Source: Moniliella sp. 'wahieum' | Taxonomy: Eukaryota | Direction of reading: 5' to 3' | DNA length: 64,000 nt | NCBI GenBank assembly: GCA_003971905.1 | Contig: RSEE01000060.1 | Location: 186,001-250,000 of the forward strand | In this document: positions 26,617-39,547 of the stretch, piece by piece | Numbering within the stretch: the first letter of the stretch is position 1 | How the letters are laid out: every line of letters begins with the position of its first letter | Translations under genes and position numbers: made by a program | Notes under the pieces: model-generated | What the model was told of the DNA's origin: nothing | Databases searched by the model: none | What the model saw: only the letters and a program-made list of their open reading frames with translations

Positions 26617-29156
26617 ATGTGTCTGCCCCCATCCCCCGCCACGCCTCCCTTCGACGAACTGCTGCCCTCAGACTCGTCCCAGCTGCGCGCCCAGCTGCGC
26701 CACGCCCGCCACACCCTCCAGCAGCACGACAGTCGCTGGCCCTGGCCACCCGCCTCGCCTCGGCTCTCGCCCACCCCTCCTCCGACTCCACCGTCGACAG
26801 GCCAGCCAGCATGCAGCCCCCTCCCCCTGCCACCCGGCCAGGACGAGTGCCGCCAAGCTGTGCCACACCCATCCCCCCTCTCCCTCTGCTCGGCCTCTGA
26901 CGCTGTGCACCAAGACGACTACTTTCTCCTGCCCCCGTCGACAAGGGAGAACCTCGTTGCTGGCGCAGCTCAGGCCAGGGAATAGCAGCACTTCAGATCT
27001 CAGCTCTACCTCCGATGCCGTGCCTTTCCCCGCCGTGTACGAGGAAGGACTGGTACATGCGCCGTGGCCTGCGGACCCAGACCATCCGTCAGGCATGCAG
27101 CCCGGCTGGGACGAGGTGGAACATGCACAAGCACGGGATATGCAGATGTACCGTCGTCTGCTCGCCCTGGGGGAGGAGAACGATCGGTTGCTCGAAAGAT
27201 CGAGGCGTTGGCCCAAGTGGCGCACGAGGAACGGGTACGGAATGCGAGCCAGGTGCTCACTTTGGATCGTGCCCTAAAGACGGCAGCAAGAGTTGGACGC
27301 TGTCCTGTGTCGCAACGCTGAGTTGGAACCTGGCATCCAGCCTCCCACCCTTGCTTTGCCAACAAGATCCCTGCCTCCAAGACCCCTGCCCCCTTGGCTC
27401 CATGCTCCGGATCACTCACGATGTTGGATTCACCACGGTGCTGGGACGAGTGCGAAACGAGCTCGCTAGAGTGGGGCTCGAAACCCAGTTCACCCGCTCC
27501 CATGTCGCCCATGTCTCCCATGTCGCCCACGTCTCCCATGTCTCCCATGTCTCCCATGTCTCCCATGTCTCCATGTCTCCCATGTCTCCCATGGGGGCAG
27601 CAGGCCACCTCGTCGAGGCCTTTACCTCTGCACCCTCCCAACCAACACGACTTGCACCCGCTTTGTCCGCTTCGTTCCAATGTGACGAGTGCCCCTGCCT
27701 CTTGCCCTTCTCACTCCGCTCCAATACCGACCGCCGACGTACACGTACACATCCAAGTTTCCCGTCTGAGGGCGAAACTGGCCGAGCTCGAGTTGGCCAA
27801 CCAAGCGTTATTGCGATGAGAGAACTGCCCACCCCTCTACGTCTCGCTCGACGGGCGATGGGTCTTGGAAAAAGACCCACAAGGGCCACACAGTTTCCGG
27901 CATCACCGTCTCTTCTACCCAGACCCTGATCGCCTCCCAAGAAAAGCAACTGGAGCCAAATGAGCCAAAGGAGGCAAAGGAGCCAAAGGAGCCAATGCAG
28001 CCAAAGCAAGAGGAGCAAGAGGAGCAAGAGGAGCCAAGAAAGGAGCGGACCTTGACGCCGCCCTTTTTTCCCCTTTGCACGCCACCACGTGGATCGCAAC
28101 AGGACCTACTCCTACCCGAACCGTGCCAGCGCACGTTTCTCGACGCGCTTGCCAACGAACCCGAGCCTGGGACAAGCAAGACTGGAACGATGGTACATGG
28201 CCACGAGCAGCACAACAACCGGGTCGAATCAACGCGACTGTCTGTGACTGATACGCGAGCTTGGACCCACACTGCCCACGCTGCCTACACTACCCACACT
28301 TCCCGCGCCTCGTGCCCTCGACCAGCCAGACGGGGGGCACAGGTACCCCGGGTACACCCCGACGGAGGTTCCCGAGGCCGAGACGGAGACGGTGGTAGCG
28401 TCGCGTACGAGGCGGTACGGTGCTGGGCCACGACTGACGTACCTCTACCTCTGACTTGGGCGGACGATGAAGATTATGGTCAACCACCTTCTGTCACAGA
28501 GCTGCGCCGCTCGCACTTGTTCCCCTGCACCAGTGACACTAACGACTCCTACAACACCTGCGACACCTGCGACACCAGCGACGCGAACAACACCAGCGAC
28601 ACTAGTGTCGCAGGTAGGAGCGTCGTTGGTGCGCACCCTAGTTGCCTCCGTATTCCCCCTCGCACCGAGGCCCGTGCAGATGAGATGAAGCAGAAGAGAA
28701 AGAGCAAGAGCAAAACAAAGAGAAGAACAAAGAGAAGAATGAAGAGCAAAACAAGAGCCAAACAAAGAGAAGAACGAAGAGCAGAACAAAGTGGAGGAAG
28801 AGGAAGAGGAAGAGGACGAATTGATCAGGCTGAACCAGCTAGGCGACTGGACTACTTTGACTTCGGTCCTGCTCTGTGCAGGAATGTATATGTTGGTGTA
28901 CGTCCCCTTCCCGTCCCTGTTCCCTTTCCCCTCGGGTATGCATCCAACCAGTCGATCGCATATCTCATGGATCACATGTCACATGTCACACCCGTGTCTG
29001 ACCCCCGACTCCCGCTTCCCAATACCCGCTTCCCTTCTGACCCGCGTGGCACACCGGACCGCTGGCTCGCCTCTCTCCTGTCCCGTTGTTCGTGTTGGTG
29101 CGCACAGTCGAGGCCCACGTCTCCTGTTCACTCCCCCGCGCACACGCACGTCCTAA
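26617..29156 (+). CDS. Hypothetical coiled-coil protein with low-complexity middle and C-terminal hydrophobic helix
   Basis: Coiled-coil-like segments (QLRAQLRHARHTLQQHD; RRLLALGEENDRLLE; VSRLRAKLAELELANQALL). Putative intron 28898-29107 gives the C-terminus DWTTLTSVLLCAGMYMLVRGPRLLFTPPRTRTS*. Many frameshifts. Confidence 0.45.
27498..27593. repeat. (TCTCCCATG)n 9-bp tandem repeat
   Basis: About 10 copies, reading (SPM)n or (SHV)n depending on frame. Confidence 0.9.
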
Positions 29157-29452
29157 CGATCAATCCGATCAATCCGATCAATCTCACGATCTCACGATCT
29201 CACGCATCTCACGCATCTCATGCATCTCATTCAACCGGCAACCACCAACGTAGGGTTCTCTCCGTCTGGAGGTTTCCTTTTCTTTTCTCTGTTTTGCCTA
29301 GGTTGGGCTCTCAGAGGGATCTACTGATCTCAGACAGAGATCCCAGATCTCACGCCGCACGCACGTTGCGCGCGCGGATATATATGCCCTGGAACGCTGC
29401 TGTTTAGTGCTAAGGCTTACTAGAGCTTAGCGTTCATGCATCGTCCAGATAG

Positions 29453-31904
29453 CTATGCACGAGCAGGGCGTGTGCGGTGCGACACAAGTACAACAGACTG
29501 ATCAGACATTATATGGATGGTCCCCTGCGTGCCAACGAAACCGAAACCGAAACCGGAACAGAACAACGAGATCTGAGAAACCCAGCCAAAGCAAGGAGAA
29601 CAGACGGGGAGGCGGCAAGTAAGAAAAGACAAAAGACAAAAGAACAAAGCAAAAAGAGGGCTACGGTGCGCCACGCCGTTGCTCGTGCTGGACAGCGCAG
29701 GTGGCGGGAGAGGGTATGGGAGCGGATAAGGTGGGAATGAGGTTGAGGTGAGGTGGGAATGGAGTTGAGGTTGAGGTTGAGGTTGGGGAGGGGGGTGGGG
29801 GGGAGCCGACGGCAAAGGCAAAGGCAACGACGGGAAGGGTAAGGGTAAGGGTAAAGGTAAGGGGGATAAACTAGTCGAGGGAGAACAGGTGGAAAAGTGG
29901 GTGGTAGCCGCACTGCTCAATGCGGTGGCCGAGGAAAGCGCGGTAGTAGAACAAGGCGAAAAGAATGTCGCGCTCGAGAGAGGCGGCGAGCGCGAACGCC
30001 CAGGCGCAGGCGCAGCGCAAGGTGAACACTGCACATGTAAACTCGGTCGAGATCCTCGCCCCGCCCCCGCTCCCGCCCCCCACTCCCGTGAGGAGGGAGC
30101 AACAAGAGCTGGGTCGGCGGCGCGGTCCCGGAAGTGGCGTTCGAGAGGTTCGTGCTGTGGTTCGGGGTAGGGTTCCAGGTCTGGGTCTGGGTCTGGGTCT
30201 GGGTCTGGGTCTTGCTCTTGTTCAGGTATCCTCTCTTCCCTTACCCCCTGGGTCAGCAGTCCCTTGCGACCATCAGAGATGGGCTCCATGGGCCCGAGCT
30301 GCGAACAAGAAGCGCCCGACGGAAGCCCGGATCGGGATCGGGGTCGGGATCGATCAGGGTCGGGGTCGGGTCAAGATCGGGGTCTGGGTCCGGGTCGGGA
30401 TCAGAAGGCACATCGTCTGAAGGGGTCAAGCCTAACCGTTGTTCCAGCGCCATGAGTTCGGCGACAAAGGCCAAGTTGGGACAGGCGACCGGACGGCGAG
30501 CCAAGACATAGTGGTACGCGTCGCGCCAGGCACGGTGTTGGCTGTGCATCAGGTAGGCAATGGCTACCAGTATGCTCCGACTTTGGCCGGCTTTGCAGTG
30601 AACGTATGTCTTGCTCTGCGGCTTGCGCTTCGTCTGCCGTAAGAAAGCGGAGAAGGTACATAAGTGTCAGGTCTCAGGTGTCAGTTCTTTTTGTTTCCCT
30701 TATTCTGCCCCGTCCCTGGCCAAGGTTCCCCCTTTGCCCTTTGCCCCCGCCTCGGATAAAGGGTTTAGGCTTGAGTCACAGCCCCCCCCGGAGAGAAGAT
30801 ACCACCGTCGCCTCCGCCGTGGCCACCACGTCCCCAGACCAAGGACAAGAAAGAAGAACAAAGAACAAAGAAAGAAGAATAAAGAACGAGAGAAAACGTA
30901 CCTAAAAACGCACACGCGCGCTCGATGCTCTGTTGAATATGAACTTTTTGAGCCTGCACTGTATCCTGCAACGGAATGTGGAGGTAAGCCTCGACGCGCT
31001 GGTGCAGTTCCAACCGACCCGACCCGCCCCATGGCACTTCCTGCGCCATGTTCACAATTCGACGAATGCCCACCGCCTCCAACGCTCCCCAGTCCGCTTC
31101 ACACGTCACGTCCGGCCCCACGTACAGAAACGAAGGCACAATGCAACTGATGCCCCCCTGTGCTGGCGAACGTAACCCAGGATGCACACCAGCCACCTCG
31201 TCACTCCATCCCCCGTCGTCCCCCGCATCACGACCGTGGCCATGTCGGGATCGGTGGCGGTGGCGGTGGCGGTGGCAGTAGCGGTGGGAAAGCAGGGGGG
31301 GGCGCACGATCGCAGGTGCTGAAAGAGTAGAAAACATGCTCCTCCTGCCCGTGCCAGAGGGGGAGGTGTTGAGCTGCGCAAGCGAAGGGCGCGAACGTGG
31401 GCGTGAGCGTAGATAGGGACATGGATAGGGATATGGATATGGTTGGGCAGGGGGGAGGAGCGGACGAGCGGGAGACGTGGCCCCAGCCTCACGCAACGGC
31501 AGCCCAAGAGGCAGAGCAAGAGGAGGTGGCGAAACACCTCGCTCGGAGGCCGGACAAGATGGGACAATGGGATCTGCCTCGGGTGCCTGTTCTTGCTCTC
31601 GTGTTCGTTGGCTGGGGGGGGTCGGGGCAGAGATCAGGGTGGCTCGGCGGGCAGTCTGGCGGTGGCGCTGGCGGTGGCGGTGGGACGGGATGGAGGGCGG
31701 CGGGCGCGGTGGGAGAGGGAGAGGAGGCGGGCCACGTGGGACGAAGCGGGCTGGAGGGCGGCATGCGGGGGGGGGCTGGCAGGGGAGGCCCAGGCGGTTG
31801 GGGGTGGGGTGGGGGGGGGGGGAGGGTGGGACATGCGACGTGTGAGAGATGAGAGGTGGGATGTGAGATGTGGGAGCGCACGGGGGACGGACAGCGGTGG
31901 TCAC
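29453..31904 (-). CDS. Dual-specificity protein phosphatase (MAPK-phosphatase-like)
   Basis: ISCIVPSFLYVG, GIRRIVNMA and YLHIPLQD, then after intron 30634-30901 and a frameshift YVHCKAGQSRSILVAIAYLM (HCX5R active site) and RRPVACPNLAFVAEL. Both ends uncertain. Confidence 0.88.
30180..30401. repeat. (TCTGGG)n and (GRTCGG)n hexamer repeats encoding (Asp-Pro)n in the phosphatase tail
   Basis: Read directly; minus-strand ORFs read DPDPDPDP. Confidence 0.85.
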
Positions 31905-34643
31905 GCATGGAGGGATGGATGGCGGGAGGGCGTGGCTGTGCGCTGGGCATACTCGCTATTCGCTCCGCTATTCGTTAGCGCGCAGGGCCAGCATCACCCC
32001 AGCGGCGGACCCCGGCCCTGCGGCCGCCGGGCGCGAGTGTCGTCGGGGCCGCGCCGGCCGAGCAAGGCGCCGCACCAGCGCCAGCCGCAGCGGACCACAG
32101 CGGACCACAGCGGACCTCCGCAGCCGGGTGCGCTAACACTGCCATCGCCAGCGCAGTGCCGTGCATCGCCCCGCACCACACCAGTCTGCGCCGGTGCTTT
32201 GTTCGCCACTTGCTCTGCCACAGCCAAGCGCAGCGTGTCCACCGCCATCCGAATTGATCTCAATCTCATTCGTCACGCGCGTCATCCATCTACGAGAACT
32301 TGCCGCGTTCCGCTGGCCTCTCCTCGCTGGGCCGCCACCGGAACCCCCTCCTACCTTCCCCGCCCCGCCCGAGAGCAACCCCCGTAAGAGTGGCGCTTGT
32401 TCGTGCTCCCTCTTGCGTCCCGCTTCTCCCGCCGCTCGTCACATGTCACACGTCACACGTCACATGCACACCTGCCAGAGCCGCGGCGCACCCGGGCCCG
32501 AGACGTCCATGGAGTCTGCGCTCCGCCACTGCCATCCATACTAGTCACCAGCTTCACTATACCACTACTTGGCTGCGATCATGTCGCCCTCGCGCGCCTC
32601 GCCAGTGTGGGTCGCACACCGGCAACAAGCATGCGTGTTCCACATCTTGCATGCACTGGTTATCAGTACGCGCGCCATTACCTCGGAAACGTGTAACATC
32701 AACATGCGAAGGCAAACGGCCAGCCGTTCGTAACGGAACACTGTAGGCGCTGGGCGCTTGGCGGTGCAGGCGCCGCAGCGTCAACTGCAACGGTGACCGG
32801 TGAGTACTCAGACTGAGTACTCAAGTGAGTTTTACCCGGTAAACAGTGGACGTTGAACTCCAACTTCAACGTACTGAGTATACTGAGCCCGGGGCGGCGC
32901 AACGACCCACGTGTACGTATCGCATCCAGTCCGGACATAGTATGGCTTGAATTTTCCGGCGATTCAATATTCAATCTGCCTTGGATCGGAGCTTGGCCGC
33001 CCCAACGCCGCACACGCTCTTGTCCACGCTCCGCTCCAAAGCAACTCGGTGTGTTGGTACGTGTACGTGTACGGGAGGAGCGTGGGGCCGGTGAGGCCTG
33101 GTCGGAGGATGCGTGTCCAGCGAGGCCCTCTCCCTGGCGCTCCGGCGATCGGAAAGCCCTGCGCCCCGCGCTTCCCCGACCGGCTGGATCCCGGGTACCG
33201 GCGGGTACCAGCTGGTGCCTACTCCTCAGACCTCCCATCTCAAGTCTTAACTCTCAACTTCAAGCTTCCAGTCTTCCCGCGCTCGCCTATATCCCTTCCA
33301 TAATGTCCCTTTGGCCAGCCCAGGCTATGCGAGTAACCGCGGTATAATCAGTAACTAGAACTAGTAACTAGTAAGCCAGCTTATAGGTTGGCAGCTCCCG
33401 GGAGGTGCCTGCTAGTGTATAAGCGCGAACCACGAATTGGTAATCCTCGTGTGGCTCTCTGGCAGTTCGCTTTTCGAGCAGCTAAACTCCGCAGCTCTGT
33501 CCTTGTGCTCGGACCACACGCTACATCGGCAGTGCTGCTATACTCTCAGTACTCAGTACGCTCAGTGTCCAGTATTCCACCGTGCTCTGTGCTTCGAACT
33601 ACTCTATCGATACCCATTGTGGTCCGTAGGCCACACACCATACAGCGCCACACCACTCTGGACCACACAAGAACCGATTCGGCAAAGAGAGTCGTCCACA
33701 ACACTACTAATTTATATGTAGCTGTCATGCGCGCGCCCCGACCCGGAGCCCAACCCACGGTTTCTGCGTGCTTTCCCATGGAGGAGAGCGCACTCAGTAC
33801 TCAGTTGAGTACTCACGGTTGATCGAGCTTAAACCCTTTTGGCGAATCCGAACTGAGTTAGAGATCGTAAGGAGATGGGGTTACAAAATGGCCCGCTAGG
33901 GGGAAGAACAAGGAAGAAATGAAGTTATACAGAGGAACTTTAAGGAATCCACAAACAAAACCGTAGAAGAGGAAGGAATAAAAAGCCAAATGGCTCTCAA
34001 AGTGCAACAATCAAGTAGGGAAAGGTTTGAAAGGTTCCATAAGAACAGGAACAACCAAATACCAAACAAATCCAAAGCAAGGAGCAGATTCTCCGCCCTC
34101 TTCAGCACCAACGTAAAAATGCATGATGCATGACGCGTGACGGGAAATCTCGTAACGAGAACGAGAACGACGCCCGGATCAGGAAACGGACGTCGAGATC
34201 CGGCAGCTCAACTTAGAGCTCTCTTTTCACTTGCGTTCAAGACCATCAAAGGCCAATGATTCAAGTAGAACGAAATCAGAAATCAGTAGTAGTGTATAGT
34301 AGGAGGGCCTCCAAGCTCACCTACTACGCATCTCCCCTGCCGTACGGAAGGGACTCAATACCTTAGTCGCCCAGATCGAATAAGCAAACGTGCTGCGTTT
34401 CCGCGCAAATTAAACGGAGAGAGAGTAGACGGGTTGGTTAGACGAGCCAGCCCGCAGGGAGACCCGTAACACTTAACACTTAACACTGATGGTCTGTCAT
34501 GCATCGGCATATCATGGCTAGCCACGATCGGACTAGGTTGAGTTTGGGAACGAGCGCTGGGACCCGGGTTCGAGAGGCAAAGAGAGCGCATATTAGGTTC
34601 AGCTATATATAAGCTTTTCCCAGTCTATAGTCCGTCTTTGCCC

Positions 34644-34746
34644 TTGACATGTGACATGGGACTTGGGACATGGGACATGGGACATGGGACATGGGACATG
34701 GGACATGGACATGGGACATGGGACATGGGACATGGGACATGGACAG
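34644..34746. repeat. (GGGACAT)n heptamer minisatellite
   Basis: About 15 units, 10 perfect; begins with TTGACAT GTGACAT. Confidence 0.95.
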
Positions 34747-35718
34747 TAGCCTGCCTCCCAAATATTGTTATGGCACTGATAGAGTACTCAGACTGAGTGC
34801 CGAGCGCTGAGCGTTGCCACCGGACTCTCGCGGTCTCGTCCCCCACAGCGCCGATAGAGCGCATGGCACCGAGATATATACAACCGAGCTATGCACTACC
34901 AGCTATAGATACCATCAGCAACCAACTGCCAACTACTGCTACTACTTCTGCATATAGCTTCCGGATTCATTGCAGAGGGGTTTGGATCTGTGGGTGCACC
35001 CAACTGTCCTCTCGGATCTCACACTCCTACTATACAATACACGCGTGTTGTACACACTTGCGTCGTACGCCCGGAAACGCCACCGCTTCTATAATATAGT
35101 AGTACGGTGCTTGTCCTGATAAGGTATCGTCGCGGCCTACTGGGTACCGCTAACGGGGGTCACCGGTCACATCGCACGCGGTTATAGTGTTAAGCTGGAG
35201 CCAGACGGCTCATATGGGCCCCGACCCATCGACGTCCCCCCCTTGCCTCCGATTCGAGGAGATCTGACATCGGAGGACTGTTCTATAGGGGTAGGATCGG
35301 TGGTAAAGGATCAATGGTAGAGGACCGGTGGTAGAGGATCGACGCGTAGTACTCGGTACAGATTCGGGCTTCTCACCCTCCCCAACCCGTTCTACAAGTT
35401 ACCTCAGTTGACTGAGTCCTGAGTACTAGTAGTACTGATCCCTAGCACTCGTACTATACTAACACGATAGCCTGCAGTGTACGGGGTTGGGTGCCTATCT
35501 ACCTACCAGTCCTACTCGTGCCCGTTGCCCGTTTGCCCCTTTACTTTGCTTCCCCTTGCTTCCCTCTCCTCCCCTTTCTGTCACAGCACATGATGAGAGC
35601 GATACATGCATAGCTTTCACGGGGACTGGACGCGAGCCAAGGCGGCGTGGACAAGACGTGGTACCGTGCCGTGCTGGAACCCAAGCCACGAACCGGAGCG
35701 GGAGGCCGAAAACTTATC

Positions 35719-38700
35719 CTAAGTCATCTTGACATCCTCCTCGACCTGTTCAAACCCAGGGTTCTTGTGGAGGATGACAAACGTCTCCAACACCGACGCA
35801 TAGGACAAGTACTCTTCCGTCGCCATCTCCGCGCGGTCTTCCGTGTTCAACCGGACAGGCGTGTCGTGGGTCTGGAAACCCGAGATGGTACGTGGCGTAC
35901 CGGCTTGACCCGTCGTGTCCACCGCCTTGCCCACCCGCACCGACACGGGAAGCGGTACCAGTGCCTCGTCGTACGTGACCAAGAACCGAGGGTAGATCGC
36001 AGGCGCAAGTAGGTACAGCAAGTAACTTTCCCGTCCGACCGTAAACTCGGTACTGTCCAGCAGGCTACCAGCGTACCAATCAGCCCGGCTGACGCGGCGC
36101 GGCCCAACAGTTGTCGGTCGGTATGGAACGGGTTGATGTTCACAACCCCTTGCCCAATACCACCAAGCCCTGTGCCACCCGCGTGGCAAACAGCGCATTG
36201 GCCTGCGACGCATACCCAGCCAATTGCCGCAACAGTTGCGCCAGCTTGGCATTGTTCGTACCGCACCCAACAAAGCCCATGGCCAAAATCGCATTGATCG
36301 CCACATCCAGATCCGTGTCGTGGGTACTTGCTCAACGTATCAATCACTTCCGTCTGCGGATGCGACGCATAGAGCAATGCCAAGGCCAGCGGCACGGCAC
36401 GACGAATGCCCGCCTCACCATAGTGCATCAGATGCCGCAGTGCGCGCAACGACATGTCCGCCCCCACATCCTCCCCCATCGCTACCAACGCAATCCCAAA
36501 TACCGCGTAGGACTGGTACAGTTCCGCATTCGCGGCAGCGTCTTGTCCTCCTCATCCTCCTCTTCCTCCTCGCCAGCCCCGGCGCCGGCCGACTCGGACT
36601 TTTTCAGTGCATCGGCCGGGTTCTCAAGACACACGTGCAACAGCTTTTGAATCTTGAGCACGTTGCCCGTCCCGGCATACGCGGCGGCCTCGACCAGCAC
36701 CTCGGTTTGCCGGCCGATCGGATGTTCGACAATCTTGAGTGTTTCCAAGATGGCTTCATCGCGTCTTGCCGCGCCAAAAAGAGCAGCGCCAGCCCGGCTG
36801 AGAAGAAGCGGGACCACTTTGGAGTCCAAATCCTGTCGGAGCGGGTCAAGAGCGCATCCATCAATCCGGCACCGCCTCCTCGTGCGCCGAACCGGGCGCA
36901 ATGAACCCGATCGCCAAGGCGGCCAGACTGGCAACTTGCATTGAGTGCGAAGGGTCTTGAATCAACGGCAAAAGCGAGCCAGTGATAATGTCGTCCCGCT
37001 GCGAACCGGCATAGGCAATGGCCAATCCGATCACGGCACTCGCCTTGAGCGCATTGGAACTGCCCTCCAAATGCTCACTCAACAGAGCAAGCGGCGCATC
37101 CACCTCGGTCCGAATACCAGCATGCGTCAGACCCGTCGCAATCAATGCGCCGGCCTTGACGTATTCTTCACTGCTGTACGTGTACTTGTCCACCGCACTC
37201 AGGCCGCCTTCCGTGTCCCACAACATGCTCAATCCGAGCGATGCAGTGGCCGAGATCATGCCCTCGTCCTTGGTCTTGTAGATCCACGACTCGCCCTCCG
37301 GCGCGGCCGCCATCAACGGATCGTTCCCACATCCTGCATTGACAAACGCATTGACAAACGTGCGGGCCAAGTTGCCGCGGGCCGAATCGATGCCCGAGCT
37401 GAGCGCGGAACGGCCCGTATCGGGACCAAGGTACGACTTGTACACATCCTCAATCGTCTTGGGCTCAAACACATTCAGTTCCTTGGCAAACCAAATAAAC
37501 GTTTCCGATAGCTTGGTGTTGGAAATGCACTCGACCAGTTCCGTATCTTCGATCGGCGCGTCTTCCTCCTGCAACCCACTCAATCGGGATGTGGTTGCGA
37601 CCAAGAAGGAAGCCAAGTTGCTTGCGCATAATGGGCGACTTGGGCGCCCAAAAGTCTTCCTTGATCAACTCGCGATCGCCCATCCGAATGGCCACAATGA
37701 GCGCCTCGTTGAACGGTCGTGCGTGCACGCAGAATCGTATGCGCCGTCCGCAAAAATTGAACATCGTCCGGCGGGACCAGAAGCGAGACACACGAAAGCA
37801 TGTACCGGCACACACGGTCGTACGTCTGCTCGTCCACAAACGGAGGCAGCGCTCGATCGCCTCCAGCTCCAACAACAGATCCACCGCATCCGCCTCCGCA
37901 TTGTGCTTGAGCGAAAAGGGAACCACAAGAAGTGCCATGTCAAGCAGGTCTTGGTACGTTGCCGTGCTGGCCGTGGGGATGCGCTCCGACCCGGGCTCCG
38001 CAGAGTTCGCACCGGATTCCGTCGGCGGCACCGCGGCCGCAGGAACGCCCGTAGCTTTCTTGAGTGCTACCGCACCGGCACCATGTTCGCCCCGCTGAAC
38101 ACGCGAGTTGTACTCGTCCCCAATCTCGGCGGCGAGGTGGCGCATGTACTCGTGCCCCACACAACCGGGCTCGTTGGCATCCGTCTCGGGGCCAGTCTCG
38201 TTGGCTTGGGCATACGACTTGACAGCAGCAATGCGGAAAGCGAGTGTGTCGCGCGCCCGTTGTCCGAGTAGGTCATCGCCAACACCGATAAGATCTCAGC
38301 AAACAGCGCACGGTCCCGACTTGCCTCGGCCCAGTACGCATTGGCCTCTGGCGCAGCCTGTGGCTCCGTGCCAGCATACAACGCCTTCAGACGGGGGTAG
38401 TGCGGACGAAGAAACTTGAGGGGCTTGGGGACGCGACGTCATGGACGAAGTGGCGGTCCGAATGAGAGTACGAGCGATTCGAGTGCGGGACGGTAGAGCG
38501 TAGTAGCAGGCTCCGTCAACCGTTTCCACCACATCTCCAGCTCACCTCGAAGCGCCGCATCCTCCCTCCTTTCCTCCTCTTGCTCCTTCTTCTTGTTGGC
38601 AAGGTTGCGCAAGTTCGGGTCGCCTTCTTCCCCGGCTAGTCTCCTTGGCACGCTCAACTTCCTTCCTTCGCCTCGTCCGTCGGCGGCGGGTCGCGCGCGG

Positions 38701-38737
38701 GAACAGCAATCGACTCCTCCTCCGCAAATGGCGGCAT
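35719..38737 (-). CDS. RPN1: 26S proteasome regulatory subunit Rpn1/PSMD2
   Basis: [105 protein letters not shown]. Many frameshifts. Confidence 0.96.
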
Positions 38738-39547
38738 GGTCACTGGCTGGTGGTAGGGAAGAGCACCGCTTGTCCACTCGCCTACCCTCCCAGGTGGGGG
38801 CCAGCGGCGGCTTCGCGTGGCCAGCTGACGCGTCCGGCACTTTTCCGCCCCGCGGCGGAATGCACCCAGCGGGTTGCGCCCAAGCCAGTGAGCTGTCACC
38901 CGTCCGCACCCTCACCGCTCACTCGGTTCCGGAATGCCACTCAGGTGCTCACGTAATCACGCCTAATCCCCCGCCTCGCCTCTTCGATGGGAGCCCGGCG
39001 TAACGGCTCATGGTGAGCTCACCTTTGCTCAAGAACACGGAACGCCCAAAAGAACTACAAGACCCAAGTTAACCCCCCAGGGACACATAAGTCGGCAGGC
39101 GAAGCATAGAAACGAGGTTGGAGCGGAAACAAAAAGAGGGATCTATGGGTATGAAGAAGAGAATGTGTGGTGAACGGCACGGGCGTCTCCCGCGCGTCTC
39201 CATGTCCGTCAGGCGAGAGGCGGACAGAAGCGGTAGAGGGGCAAGGCGAATGAGGAGGAGACGAAATATGAAGAAAAAATGAAGGAAAATCAAGGTGCGA
39301 TCGATACAAGGACGCGCGCCCATCTGTATCTGAGGCTGGGCCCGTCGCGCACAAGAGCAGGGCCCAACATCAATCCCAAGCAGCCAAGCAACCATAGTAG
39401 CCAAGCAACCAAAGTAATCAAAGCAACCAGGCAAGCACAAGTGGCAAGGAAAAGAAAAGAAAAGAAACAGATGGCGACGTGCAAGCACAGCGGGGGGGAA
39501 TCAATGCAACGGTATTTATCGCCACACAGGGAACACGATGAAGGGGC

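Noticed and set aside
34644..34746. Interstitial telomere repeat
   Set aside because: GGGACAT does not match TTAGGG-type fungal telomere units, and nothing suggests a chromosome end.
32791..35437. CRISPR-like array from recurring GAGTACTCAG motifs
   Set aside because: Eukaryotic context, repeats too short and variable, irregular spacing, no cas genes.
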